A stretch of DNA of 32,000 bases from Massilicoli timonensis (lineage in GTDB: Bacteria; Bacillota_I; Bacilli_A; Erysipelotrichales; Erysipelotrichaceae), in the NCBI RefSeq assembly GCF_900199515.1, contig NZ_LT963434.1, positions 1,952,180-1,984,179 of the forward strand, given 5' to 3'. Made by a program: the position numbers and the translations under genes. Below the pieces are notes generated by a model that did no database searches, was not told where the DNA came from, and was given only the letters and a program-made list of their open reading frames with translations. Of the stretch, positions 1 through 8,558 are shown in pieces; the stretch's first letter is position 1; the number at the start of each line of letters is the position of its first letter.

Positions 1-419
1 TTTGCAATTCCTTCCGGAACTGCATGAGCAAGCAGCAGTTCAATGCTGTCGATGTCATCAATGAACATTTTTTTGAGAACACCGTTTCCTTTTTCCTGAA
101 TAACACCTAAAGGAAGTTTTTCAAGACAGTCCTGCAGATAGGTACGGATATTCTTCAAGGTATGATAGGCGCTTTCGTGGGATAATGCCAGTCCTTTCAC
201 ATATAAGATGCCGTGCATGATCATACATAAGACGATGACGGCGATATGAAGCAGGCAGTAAGACATGGAAATGTCCTGTCGATTGAGCAGCGGATTGATC
301 AGTCGGTAAATCATAAAATAAGGAATAATGCTGAAAACAACAGCAATAATCAATACTATGATGGATTGATATGTTTTCTTTTTATATTCATGAGCGTATT
401 GAAAGACTTTTTTAAACAT
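1..419 (-). CDS. ABC transporter permease/ATP-binding protein, N-terminal (membrane domain) part; gene continues past the left window edge
   Basis: Absent from the ORF track because no stop lies in the window. Reverse-strand ATG at 419-417 follows GGAGGA (430-425). The translation MFKKVFQYAHEYKKKTYQSIIVLIIAVVFSIIPYF...LSHESAYHTLKNIR parallels the N-termini of the other fused TMD-NBD proteins here. The + strand ORF 246-446 is its antisense shadow. Confidence 0.75.
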   Translation of the reverse strand, partial: MFKKVFQYAHEYKKKTYQSIIVLIIAVVFSIIPYFMIYRLINPLLNRQDISMSYCLLHIAVIVLCMIMHGILYVKGLALSHESAYHTLKNIRTYLQDCLEKLPLGVIQEKGNGVLKKMFIDDIDSIELLLAHAVPEGIA

Positions 420-436
420 AGATATCCTCCTTGCGT

Positions 437-452
437 GTTAGTCTAAGCTAAC
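437..452. promoter_or_regulatory. Shared palindromic operator GTTAG-N6-CTAAC, copy 1
   Basis: GTTAG TCTAAG CTAAC. It lies in the 66-nt gap between the TetR stop (486) and the ABC start (419), 17 nt from that start. Confidence 0.7.
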
Positions 453-485
453 TAACAGTTAATTTTTTTAGCTCCCGATAGAGAG

Positions 486-1103
486 CTAATGTTTAAATCC
501 TAAAACCTTATACCAGTCAAACAGATTGCAGACAAGCTGATTGTATCTTATGATTTCTTCCCAGCTGAAATCATGAACGAAAGGTTCATAAATGGTTTCC
601 CAGAAGGCAGATAGAAGTACGTGCATTTCTCTGCGGGAAACCTGTACCTCCGTCAGATGTCTTCGATAGGCTTCCTTGTAGTATTCATATGTGTAATCAG
701 ACATTTTCTGTACCCAGTCATGGCTGAAGGTTGAAAATTTTGAGCCTTCGCTTCTGCATAGAAGAAGCTTAAAGCATTCCTTTCTCTGATATAGAAATTC
801 AAACCACCAGAGCATATAGCTTTCATCCATATCCCAGCTTCTGATTAGTGCTTCATCAGATACGGTATCGGGATCAGTCAGCTTTTTTTGATTGATGATC
901 TCATTTAAGTCATCCAGCAGAGGCTGAACGACAGCAAGAAACAATTCCTCTTTGCCTTTATATCTTTTATATAAAGCTCCGGTTGTGACTTCAGCATTTC
1001 CGCATATGGATTTTAAAGAGGCATTCAGGAAACCTTCCTTCAGAAACTCCTGCTTGGCACTGTCTAAAATTTTAGGATCCAGTGTAGTATCTCTTTTTGA
1101 CAA
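486..1103 (-). CDS. TetR/AcrR family transcriptional regulator (T1)
   Basis: 205 aa. N-terminal TetR HTH (ILDSAKQEFLKEGFLNASLKSICGNAEVTTGALYKRYKGKEELF). TTG start at 1103 with GGAG 8 nt upstream. Confidence 0.85.
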   Translation of the reverse strand: MSKRDTTLDPKILDSAKQEFLKEGFLNASLKSICGNAEVTTGALYKRYKGKEELFLAVVQPLLDDLNEIINQKKLTDPDTVSDEALIRSWDMDESYMLWWFEFLYQRKECFKLLLCRSEGSKFSTFSHDWVQKMSDYTYEYYKEAYRRHLTEVQVSRREMHVLLSAFWETIYEPFVHDFSWEEIIRYNQLVCNLFDWYKVLGFKH

Positions 1104-1127
1104 ATGACCACTCCTTTACTGATAACT

Positions 1128-1143
1128 TAATTATCGATAATTA
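1128..1143. promoter_or_regulatory. Private palindrome of TetR T1 (TAATTATCGATAATTA)
   Basis: Perfect 16-bp palindrome 7 nt downstream of the -10 of the T1 promoter, which is the expected autoregulatory operator position. Confidence 0.55.
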
Positions 1144-1150
1144 CATTATC

Positions 1151-1178
1151 ATTATATCTTATTGTATGCAGTTGTCAA
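1151..1178 (-). promoter_or_regulatory. Sigma-A-type promoter for TetR T1
   Basis: Reverse strand reads TTGACA (1178-1173), a 16-nt spacer, then TATAAT (1156-1151). Confidence 0.65.
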
Positions 1179-1238
1179 TCATTTACTGATATTTTTAAAT
1201 TTTCAATAAATTTTGAAGTCAAAAATTTCCTGAATCAA

Positions 1239-1267
1239 TTGACAAAAGGAAAAAGATGTTTTATATT
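1239..1267 (+). promoter_or_regulatory. Sigma-A-type promoter for TetR T2
   Basis: TTGACA (1239-1244), a 17-nt spacer, then TATATT (1262-1267). It diverges from the T1 promoter. Confidence 0.6.
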
Positions 1268-1268
1268 T

Positions 1269-1294
1269 AAAACAGTGTTACGTAACAGTGTTTT
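1269..1294. promoter_or_regulatory. Private palindrome of TetR T2
   Basis: AAAACAGTGTTAC/GTAACAGTGTTTT, with 12 of 13 positions paired. It starts immediately after the -10 and lies 20 nt before ATG 1314. Confidence 0.55.
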
Positions 1295-1313
1295 AAAAGT
1301 TTGGAGGTGAGCC

Positions 1314-1925
1314 ATGCCAAAGAGAAAGGAAGGCGTTTATGAGAAAATCCTGGACGCCGCAAAAAAGGAGTTTCTGTCTAAGGGATTTCGTGATGCATCG
1401 CTTCGAGTGATTGCCAGAGAAGCAGATACCAGCACAAGTTCAATTTACACAAGATTTAAAGATAAGCAGGGACTTTTTGATGCTATCATTCAGCCTGTTG
1501 GAGATGAATATATAGAGATGTTTACGAAGATTCAGGAACAGTTCTGGCAGATGGAATCCTATGATGATTATGACTATATGCTGGAATACAGCGAGAACGG
1601 ACAGAAAATGCTGCTGAATTATATCTATGAACACTTTGATGAATTTCAGCTGCTGTTATGTCAGGCGGATGAAGCGCAGAAGGATCGTTTCATGAATACC
1701 CTGATTGATATAGAAACGAAGGGCTCACTGGAATATCTGGATGTCATGCAGCCAAAACAGCGTGTTGATGAAGAATTTATGCATATTGTCAATACAGCTT
1801 TTTTCAACGGCTTTTTTGAAATCGTCCATCATAAGATGGACAGGGAAAAAGCTTATCAGTATATTACAAGACTGAGAGCATTTTATAACGCCGGATATGC
1901 GACTGTTTATGATGCGGAGTTCTAA
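1314..1925 (+). CDS. TetR/AcrR family transcriptional regulator (T2)
   Basis: 203 aa. TetR HTH (ILDAAKKEFLSKGFRDASLRVIAREADTSTSSIYTRFKDKQGLF). RBS GGAGGTGA. Clearly paralogous to T1 (shared LLLC motif). Confidence 0.85.
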   Translation: MPKRKEGVYEKILDAAKKEFLSKGFRDASLRVIAREADTSTSSIYTRFKDKQGLFDAIIQPVGDEYIEMFTKIQEQFWQMESYDDYDYMLEYSENGQKMLLNYIYEHFDEFQLLLCQADEAQKDRFMNTLIDIETKGSLEYLDVMQPKQRVDEEFMHIVNTAFFNGFFEIVHHKMDREKAYQYITRLRAFYNAGYATVYDAEF

Positions 1926-1950
1926 GGAACTCTTTCTTTTAAAGAATTTG

Positions 1951-1966
1951 GTTAGCTAAAACTAAC
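1951..1966. promoter_or_regulatory. Shared palindromic operator GTTAG-N6-CTAAC, copy 2 (distal)
   Basis: GTTAG CTAAAA CTAAC, 26 nt after the T2 stop. Confidence 0.7.
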
Positions 1967-2048
1967 TTCTGAAAGTGAGATGATAGGAATAGACAATACA
2001 AATAATAGTGATAAGGGTTCACAGGAACTCATTTATTTAAAATGATGA

Positions 2049-2064
2049 GTTAGCTAAAACTAAC
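2049..2064. promoter_or_regulatory. Shared palindromic operator GTTAG-N6-CTAAC, copy 3 (proximal)
   Basis: GTTAG CTAAAA CTAAC, with a spacer identical to copy 2. It ends 14 nt before ATG 2079, directly before the RBS. Confidence 0.7.
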
Positions 2065-2078
2065 AGAAGGGAGAAGTT

Positions 2079-3824
2079 ATGGAAACAAAGAAAAAATCCC
2101 CTCTCCTTCGTCTATGGGATATGGGGAAGGAAGAACATGGAAAACTTATATTGGCAATCGTACTGGCTGTGGTTGGCGTAACCTGCAGCATGGCTGCTTA
2201 TTACAGTGCAGCACAGATGATCATCGGACTGCTTCATGGCAATCAGAATTTCAGCTTTTATCTGACATGGTGTGCTATTGCATTAGCAGGATATGTTATC
2301 AAGGCGGTACTGTATACGCTGGCATTGTCAAAGTCACATCAGGCAGCATTCTCGATTATGAAAAACATCCGTATTCAATGTATGCATAAGCTTACCAGAG
2401 TACCGATGGGAAATCTGCTGGATGTATCAAGCGGGCAGATGAAGCAGCTCATTGTCGATCAGGTAGAAAGCATGGAAACTCCTTTAGCACATCTTTTGCC
2501 TGAAATGACCAGCAATGTGTTGGCGCCGCTCTTTGTCTTTGTTTATCTATTGATTCTTGACTGGCGTATGGCACTCATTACTTTGATTTCGCTGCCGATC
2601 GGATTATTCTTCATGTCTTTTATGATGAAGGATTATGCGAAAAAATATCAGGGCTCCGTTGAAACTGCACAGAAGATGAATACCGCCATTGTAGAATATA
2701 TCAATGGCATTGAAGTCATCAAGGCATTTAATCAGGGCAAGAATTCTTATCAGAAATATGCGGATGCGGTAAAGGCCAATGCTGAATATTTTTATCAGTG
2801 GATGAAAAGTTGTCAGCTTCCTTCGTCTGCAAGCCGTATAGTAACGCCTTCAACAATGATTACGGTTCTTCCGTTTGGATTATGGTTTGTCATGAACGGA
2901 AGTCTTTCCGTTGAAAGCTTTATTGTGATTATGATTCTTGCATTCGGAATCATCGATCCTTTGATTGCGGCAATGTCCTTTACAGACAGTCTGGCAGTGG
3001 TAGGAACAATCGTGGATCTTGTGGAAGGTCTGATTTATGCTCCGGAACAGGATCATGGCAATATACCCGTTCAGTTTGAAGATACAGCTATCACAATGAA
3101 AGATGTATCCTTTGGCTATCATGAAGGTCAGGAGGTTCTTCATCATATTAATCTCAATATTCTGCCAAATGAGGTCTGTGCATTTGTTGGACCGAGCGGC
3201 AGTGGAAAATCAACGATTACCAAGCTAATTGCAGGCTTCTGGGACGTTGAAAAGGGAGATATTACGATTGGAAATCATTCTCTTAAGCAGATTCCGCTTT
3301 CTCAGCTGAATCAGATGATCGCCTATGTATCACAGGACAACTATCTGTTTAATGATGCAATCATGGAAAACATAAGAATGGGAAATCCTGATGCAGATGA
3401 CGCTGAAGTCATGGAAGCTGCTAAGAAGGCAGGCTGTCATGAGTTTATTCAGTCGCTGGAAAATGGATACCAGACAATCTGCGGCAGCAGCGGAACACAT
3501 TTATCAGGAGGAGAACGACAGAGAATTGCTATCGCAAGAGCGATGCTGAAGGATGCACCGATCATCATATTGGACGAAGCAACGGCCTATATCGATCCGG
3601 AAAATGAAGCAATCGTGCAAAAGGCAGTATCTTCTTTGGTCAAGGATAAGACGCTGATTGTCGTGGCACATCGTCTGTCAACGATTACGGAGGCATCAAA
3701 GATCGTTGTGGTAAATGAAGGAAGGATAGAAGCCATTGGCAGACATGAAGAACTGCTTGAAAACAATGCATTATATAAGCAGATGTGGCAGGCACATATA
3801 GGAACAAGGGAGGAAGCATTATGA
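2079..3824 (+). CDS. ABC transporter ATP-binding protein/permease (fused TMD-NBD half transporter)
   Basis: 581 aa. Walker A GPSGSGKST, signature LSGGERQRIAIAR, Walker B IIILDEAT, H-loop VAHRLST. The stop overlaps the next start (ATGA at 3821). Confidence 0.9.
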   Translation: METKKKSPLLRLWDMGKEEHGKLILAIVLAVVGVTCSMAAYYSAAQMIIGLLHGNQNFSFYLTWCAIALAGYVIKAVLYTLALSKSHQAAFSIMKNIRIQCMHKLTRVPMGNLLDVSSGQMKQLIVDQVESMETPLAHLLPEMTSNVLAPLFVFVYLLILDWRMALITLISLPIGLFFMSFMMKDYAKKYQGSVETAQKMNTAIVEYINGIEVIKAFNQGKNSYQKYADAVKANAEYFYQWMKSCQLPSSASRIVTPSTMITVLPFGLWFVMNGSLSVESFIVIMILAFGIIDPLIAAMSFTDSLAVVGTIVDLVEGLIYAPEQDHGNIPVQFEDTAITMKDVSFGYHEGQEVLHHINLNILPNEVCAFVGPSGSGKSTITKLIAGFWDVEKGDITIGNHSLKQIPLSQLNQMIAYVSQDNYLFNDAIMENIRMGNPDADDAEVMEAAKKAGCHEFIQSLENGYQTICGSSGTHLSGGERQRIAIARAMLKDAPIIILDEATAYIDPENEAIVQKAVSSLVKDKTLIVVAHRLSTITEASKIVVVNEGRIEAIGRHEELLENNALYKQMWQAHIGTREEAL

Positions 3825-5551
3825 TTAAGGTTTTAAAGAAAATATGGGATTTTGCTGGCGTTGAGCAGAAACACATAAAAAAATCTATTATTATCGGTAT
3901 TTTCTATGCTATCTTTCATATGTTCATGATTGGTGCCATTTTCTTTGCGGTAGAGGCAGTTGTCAATGAAAGTCATGATGTTCGTTATATATTCATGACA
4001 TTCTTCATGGTTCTGTTGAGCATAGTAGGACGAATTGCCTGCAACTATTCAACTCAGCTTCATCAGACACATGCAGGATACTACATGTCGGCATGGAAAA
4101 GAATTGACATAGGAAATCGCTTGAAGACAATTCCAATGGGATTTTTCAATGAGAACAGCCTAGGAGAAATTACCGGGATTGCGACAACCGTTTTGCAGGA
4201 AGTAGAAACAACCGTTCCAATGGTACTGGTCATTACCCTGACTGGCATCATCAATGCACTGATCTTTATCATGTATATCTTTTTCTTTGATTATCGTATC
4301 GGCTTTATTGTTCTGCTGGGAACGATCTGTTATTTTTTCATCACTTCCAAAATGGAAAAGAAATCCAGCATGATTGCTCCAAAACGCCAAAGATCAACAG
4401 CAAAGCTGGTAGAGGCGGTTTTAGAGAATATCAAAGGAATGTTTATTGTTCGCTCATTTAATCTTTCAGAAAACAATCATCAGAATATAGATGAAGCAAT
4501 TGAAAATAATCGTGCCAGCAATCTGGCAATGGAAAGACTATTCACACCATATACGATTGCTCAGGAAATAGTCTTAAAACTGTTTAGTATTCTGATTATC
4601 CTTGCGGCGATACAGTTTTACTGGAATCAGACAATGTCTTTGACTTACTGTCTGATGATGATTATTGTATCATTTCTGATATTTGCACAGATTCAATCTG
4701 CAGGCAGCGGTCTGGCAATTTTAAGACTGGCAGGAAGCTCCATTGATCATGCCAATAAGGTAGATGAAACTCCGATACTTGATGAACATGGAAAAGAAAT
4801 CAAGCCTGAGAATCAGGAAATTGTATTTAACGATGTCAGCTTTTCCTATGACAAGAGAGAAATTCTTCACCATGTTCAGCTGACAATTCCGCACCATTCT
4901 TCATTGGCTATTGTCGGACCTAGCGGAAGCGGAAAGACGACATTGTGTCATCTGATTTCCAGATTCTGGGATGTCAATCAGGGAAGTATTTCTATTGGCG
5001 GACATGATATCAGGGACTATACACTGGAATCGTTGATGGATCAGCTCAGCATGGTCTTTCAGAATGTTTATCTGTTTAATGATACGATAGAAAACAACAT
5101 TAAATTCGGCAGACCAGAAGCAACTTTAGAAGATGTGAAACTGGCTGCCCAGAAAGCATGCTGTGATGAATTTATTGAATCGTTGCCAGAAGGCTATCAG
5201 ACAGTCATTGGTGAGGGCGGATCTTCGTTATCAGGTGGTGAAAAACAAAGAATTTCTATTGCCAGAGCCATTTTAAAAGATGCGCCAATCATTATCTTTG
5301 ATGAAGCGACAGCTAATGTGGATCCGGAAAACGAGGATAAGCTGCAAAGGGCGATGGAAGAACTGATGAAGGATAAGACAGTTATCATGATAGCTCACCG
5401 CTTGAAAACAGTGAAACATGCATCAAAGATTATAGTAATCAATAATGGTCAAATCGTTCAGCAGGGAACACATCAGCAGCTGATAAAGGAAGATGGGTTA
5501 TATAAAAAGTTTGTTGAACAGAAAAATGAAACTGGTTCTTGGAAGTTATAA
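3821..5551 (+). CDS. ABC transporter ATP-binding protein/permease, partner of 2079-3824
   Basis: The track ORF starts at 3785. ATG 3821 (MIKVLKK) is preferred because it has RBS GGGAGGAAG and an ATGA overlap. Walker A GPSGSGKTT, signature LSGGEKQRISIAR, Walker B IIIFDEAT. Confidence 0.9.
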   Translation: MIKVLKKIWDFAGVEQKHIKKSIIIGIFYAIFHMFMIGAIFFAVEAVVNESHDVRYIFMTFFMVLLSIVGRIACNYSTQLHQTHAGYYMSAWKRIDIGNRLKTIPMGFFNENSLGEITGIATTVLQEVETTVPMVLVITLTGIINALIFIMYIFFFDYRIGFIVLLGTICYFFITSKMEKKSSMIAPKRQRSTAKLVEAVLENIKGMFIVRSFNLSENNHQNIDEAIENNRASNLAMERLFTPYTIAQEIVLKLFSILIILAAIQFYWNQTMSLTYCLMMIIVSFLIFAQIQSAGSGLAILRLAGSSIDHANKVDETPILDEHGKEIKPENQEIVFNDVSFSYDKREILHHVQLTIPHHSSLAIVGPSGSGKTTLCHLISRFWDVNQGSISIGGHDIRDYTLESLMDQLSMVFQNVYLFNDTIENNIKFGRPEATLEDVKLAAQKACCDEFIESLPEGYQTVIGEGGSSLSGGEKQRISIARAILKDAPIIIFDEATANVDPENEDKLQRAMEELMKDKTVIMIAHRLKTVKHASKIIVINNGQIVQQGTHQQLIKEDGLYKKFVEQKNETGSWKL

Positions 5552-5564
5552 TCATATATATAAA

Positions 5565-5598
5565 GTCACATGCCTATCAAAAAGGGTGTGTGATTTTT
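5565..5598 (+). terminator. Probable intrinsic terminator after the first ABC pair
   Basis: Imperfect hairpin CACATGCCT...AGGGTGTGTG followed by ATTTTTC. Confidence 0.45.
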
Positions 5599-5601
5599 CT
5601 A

Positions 5602-5630
5602 TTGTACATATATTATGTATGTGGTAGTAT
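5602..5630 (+). promoter_or_regulatory. Candidate promoter of the AraC-family gene
   Basis: TTGTAC (5602-5607), a 17-nt spacer, then TAGTAT (5625-5630) preceded by TGG. The shared operator starts 5 nt later. Confidence 0.45.
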
Positions 5631-5634
5631 TTTG

Positions 5635-5650
5635 GTTAGAATTAACTAAC
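5635..5650. promoter_or_regulatory. Shared palindromic operator GTTAG-N6-CTAAC, copy 4
   Basis: GTTAG AATTAA CTAAC, 19 nt before ATG 5670. Confidence 0.7.
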
Positions 5651-5669
5651 TTCAGGGGTGGATATTGAA

Positions 5670-6614
5670 ATGAAATTAAATGAATCATGGTATGGAAATA
5701 AGGCAAAGATCATTAAACAAGGAAAAGATTATGCGGTTATAGAATATGGCTGTAGCGGAAAGGGAATTGTGTCAACCTATCAGCTCTTTGATGGGATTTC
5801 CCTTTGTTTTCTGGATTTTGATACTGAAGATATCATGCCTTCTCAGCAATTTAATCCAAATATCATTTCAATTGTATGCTGCTATAGCGGACGCTATGAA
5901 TGCGAGTTTTCCAATCATCAAGTGTTTTACCTTTCTGAAGGATCTTTTGCTGTTATGGGAACAAAATATCTGCCTTCATTCTTTTCTTTTCCATTGAAAA
6001 AGTGCTTTGCATTTAGCTTAGTCATCGACATACAGTCACTAAGCTGCAATTCCATTCAGCTTTTAGATTCATTTGATCTGAATATAAACAAAATTAGTGA
6101 GCATCTTAGACTTGACGAGAATGGATACCTATGTCATGCAGGAAAAGAACTTGGACATATATTTTCGGAAATTTATGAAGCAAAGGATATAAATGATATT
6201 TCATATTTTCGCATAAAGGCGATAGAATTCTTGTTTCGTATCAATAAGTTTTCACATGATGAGAATCAGTCATTTCAGTACTATGACAAGAAGTATATAC
6301 AGAAGGCAAAGGAAATACACAATCATATGATAGAACATTTAGACGAAAAAGTTTCATTAAGGCAATTAACTGCTGAAAAGGATTTTAATTTATCTTTATT
6401 CCACAAGGTTTTTACTCAAATATATGGCGATACTCCGTATGCTTATATAAAAAAGTACAAAATGAATATCGCCGCTAATGAGCTAAAAAATACCGACAGA
6501 AAAATAAATGATATTGCTTTAAGCTTGGGGTATAATAACGCAAGCAAATTTTCAATAGCGTTCCATTCAGTATATGATATATTGCCAAAAGATTATCGAA
6601 AACAAAATAATTAG
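5670..6614 (+). CDS. AraC family transcriptional regulator
   Basis: C-terminal double AraC HTH (LRQLTAEKDFNLSLFHKVFTQIYGDTPYAYIKKYKMNIAANEL...INDIALSLGYNNASKFSIAFHSVYDILPKDYRK). The track start is GTG 5658, but ATG 5670 has better spacing to AGGGGTGG. Confidence 0.85.
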   Translation: MKLNESWYGNKAKIIKQGKDYAVIEYGCSGKGIVSTYQLFDGISLCFLDFDTEDIMPSQQFNPNIISIVCCYSGRYECEFSNHQVFYLSEGSFAVMGTKYLPSFFSFPLKKCFAFSLVIDIQSLSCNSIQLLDSFDLNINKISEHLRLDENGYLCHAGKELGHIFSEIYEAKDINDISYFRIKAIEFLFRINKFSHDENQSFQYYDKKYIQKAKEIHNHMIEHLDEKVSLRQLTAEKDFNLSLFHKVFTQIYGDTPYAYIKKYKMNIAANELKNTDRKINDIALSLGYNNASKFSIAFHSVYDILPKDYRKQNN

Positions 6615-6691
6615 CATTTTTGGGCTATTTTAAGGCGATATATATAGTTATGGGGTAGAAAGAAATATGGAAAGTAATTAAAATGGTGTAT

Positions 6692-6707
6692 GTTAGCTAT
6701 GACTAAC
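6692..6707. promoter_or_regulatory. Shared palindromic operator GTTAG-N6-CTAAC, copy 5
   Basis: GTTAG CTATGA CTAAC, 32 nt before ATG 6740. Confidence 0.7.
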
Positions 6708-6739
6708 TACATCATTTTTATTTAGGAGGGATTATACTT

Positions 6740-8557
6740 ATGGCAAAAAAATCGCCAAAACAACAAAAACCAAAAACTGGTTTAGCTCGCTGTTTGGAAC
6801 TGGCTTCAAACAAGAAAGGATTAGTCTTTTTATCAGCAATTCTTTCATCATTAGCGTCTGTCGCTTCATTTGTTCCTTATATAGCAGTTTATTTTATCAT
6901 CGTTTCCATTATTCAAGTCTATCCTGATTTAGACGGATTAAATATGAGTGAAGTTATGGGATATGGCTGGCTTGCTTTAGGAGGCATAATAGCTAATATA
7001 TTACTATACTTTTTGGCTATCTTCTGTTCTCATATTGCGGCTTTTGGAACACTATATGAATTGAAAATAAAATTTTCTGAACACATCACGAAAATACCTT
7101 TAGGTTATCATTTAACTATCGGTAGTGGACGATTCAGAAAGATAATGGACGATAATATAGAAAGTGTTGAGGGTTTTATTGCACACCAGTTTCCTGATTT
7201 TGTCGCTTCCGTAACCGCACCTGTTGTTATGGTTATTTTACTGTTTGCGATAGACTGGCGTTTTGGTTTGGCTTCTTTAGTAGGAATTATATTAGCTTTT
7301 ATTGTACAGTTCATGGGCTATGGTAGCGGAGCCATGAAAGAAAATATGGAAAAATATCAAGTTGCACTGGAAGATATGAATAATGCTTCTGTTGAATATG
7401 TGCGTGGTATGCCTGTGGTAAAAGCATTTAATCAAACAGCTAATTCGTTTGAAAGATTGAAACATGCAATCACTGAATACACACAATGGGTATTAAAATT
7501 TTCGTTGGGGTGGCAGAACTGTATGCCTGCATTTACAACTATTATCAATAACATCTATCTTGTGTTAATTCCAGTAGGTATACTTATAGGTTCTAATACA
7601 TCAGACTTTAAAACTTTTTTGATGACTTTTGTTTTTTATTTGCTATTTGTACCTGCCGTTGCGGGAGTATTAAACAAAATCATGTATGTGTCAGAGTCAT
7701 TTATGCAAATAAATGGTAATGTAGCAAGAATGGATGAGATATTTAATATTCCCGTATTACCAGAAACTGAAAATCCTAAAAAGCCAGAAAACAATGATAT
7801 TGTTTTTGATAAGGTGAGCTTTTCTTATACTGGAAAGGAAAACGACTTGGCAATTCAGAATGTTTCTTTTAAGGCTAAGCAGGGAGAAATTACAGCGATT
7901 GTCGGTCCATCTGGCGGTGGAAAAAGTACAATAGCAAATTTGATTTCCAGATTTTGGGATGTCACTACTGGTAGCATTAAAATAGGTAATGTGGATATTA
8001 GAGATATAGCTATGAATGATTTAATGAAACATGTCAGTTTTGTATTTCAGGATATTTTCCTGTTTAAGCAGAGCATATATGACAATATTGGTATGGGAAA
8101 TCCTAATGCAACAAAAGAGCAGATTATTCAAGCGTCAAAAGCGGCTCAATGCCATGATTTTATTATGAAGCTGCCTAACGGCTATGATACTGTGATAGGT
8201 ACAAAAGGTATACATCTCTCTGGTGGAGAGCGTCAAAGAATTGCTATTGCAAGGGCAATTATTAAAGACGCCCCTATCATCGTATTGGACGAAGCAACGG
8301 CGTTCAGCGATCCAGAGAACGAATACTTGATACAAAAGGCTTTTGAAAAGCTCATGCAGAATAAAACAGTTATCATTATTGCACACCGTTTATCAACAAT
8401 CCGTAATGCTGACAAAATTCTTGTAATGGAAAAAGGGCATTTAATTGAATGTGGAAATCACGATAGTTTAATACAGAGAAATGGACGTTATTTCCAAATG
8501 TGGCAACACTACACAGAAGCAATAGACTGGAAAATCATTGGAAAGGCGGTGCTGTAA
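6740..8557 (+). CDS. ABC transporter ATP-binding protein/permease (fused TMD-NBD)
   Basis: 605 aa. Lys/Gln-rich N-terminal tail, then the TMD. Walker A GPSGGGKST, signature LSGGERQRIAIAR, Walker B IIVLDEAT. RBS AGGAGGG. Confidence 0.9.
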   Translation: MAKKSPKQQKPKTGLARCLELASNKKGLVFLSAILSSLASVASFVPYIAVYFIIVSIIQVYPDLDGLNMSEVMGYGWLALGGIIANILLYFLAIFCSHIAAFGTLYELKIKFSEHITKIPLGYHLTIGSGRFRKIMDDNIESVEGFIAHQFPDFVASVTAPVVMVILLFAIDWRFGLASLVGIILAFIVQFMGYGSGAMKENMEKYQVALEDMNNASVEYVRGMPVVKAFNQTANSFERLKHAITEYTQWVLKFSLGWQNCMPAFTTIINNIYLVLIPVGILIGSNTSDFKTFLMTFVFYLLFVPAVAGVLNKIMYVSESFMQINGNVARMDEIFNIPVLPETENPKKPENNDIVFDKVSFSYTGKENDLAIQNVSFKAKQGEITAIVGPSGGGKSTIANLISRFWDVTTGSIKIGNVDIRDIAMNDLMKHVSFVFQDIFLFKQSIYDNIGMGNPNATKEQIIQASKAAQCHDFIMKLPNGYDTVIGTKGIHLSGGERQRIAIARAIIKDAPIIVLDEATAFSDPENEYLIQKAFEKLMQNKTVIIIAHRLSTIRNADKILVMEKGHLIECGNHDSLIQRNGRYFQMWQHYTEAIDWKIIGKAVL

Positions 8558-8558
8558 T

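Noticed and set aside
246-446. 66-aa + strand ORF from the track
   Set aside because: It lies antisense to a much better reverse-strand ABC transporter gene (1-419) that has a GGAGGA RBS. Its own product is low-complexity with no RBS.
1980-2045. 21-codon ORF (MIGIDNTNNSDKGSQELIYLK) between the two operator copies, as a possible leader peptide
   Set aside because: It has no properly spaced RBS and no recognisable attenuator structure. It is most likely a chance ORF in AT-rich DNA.
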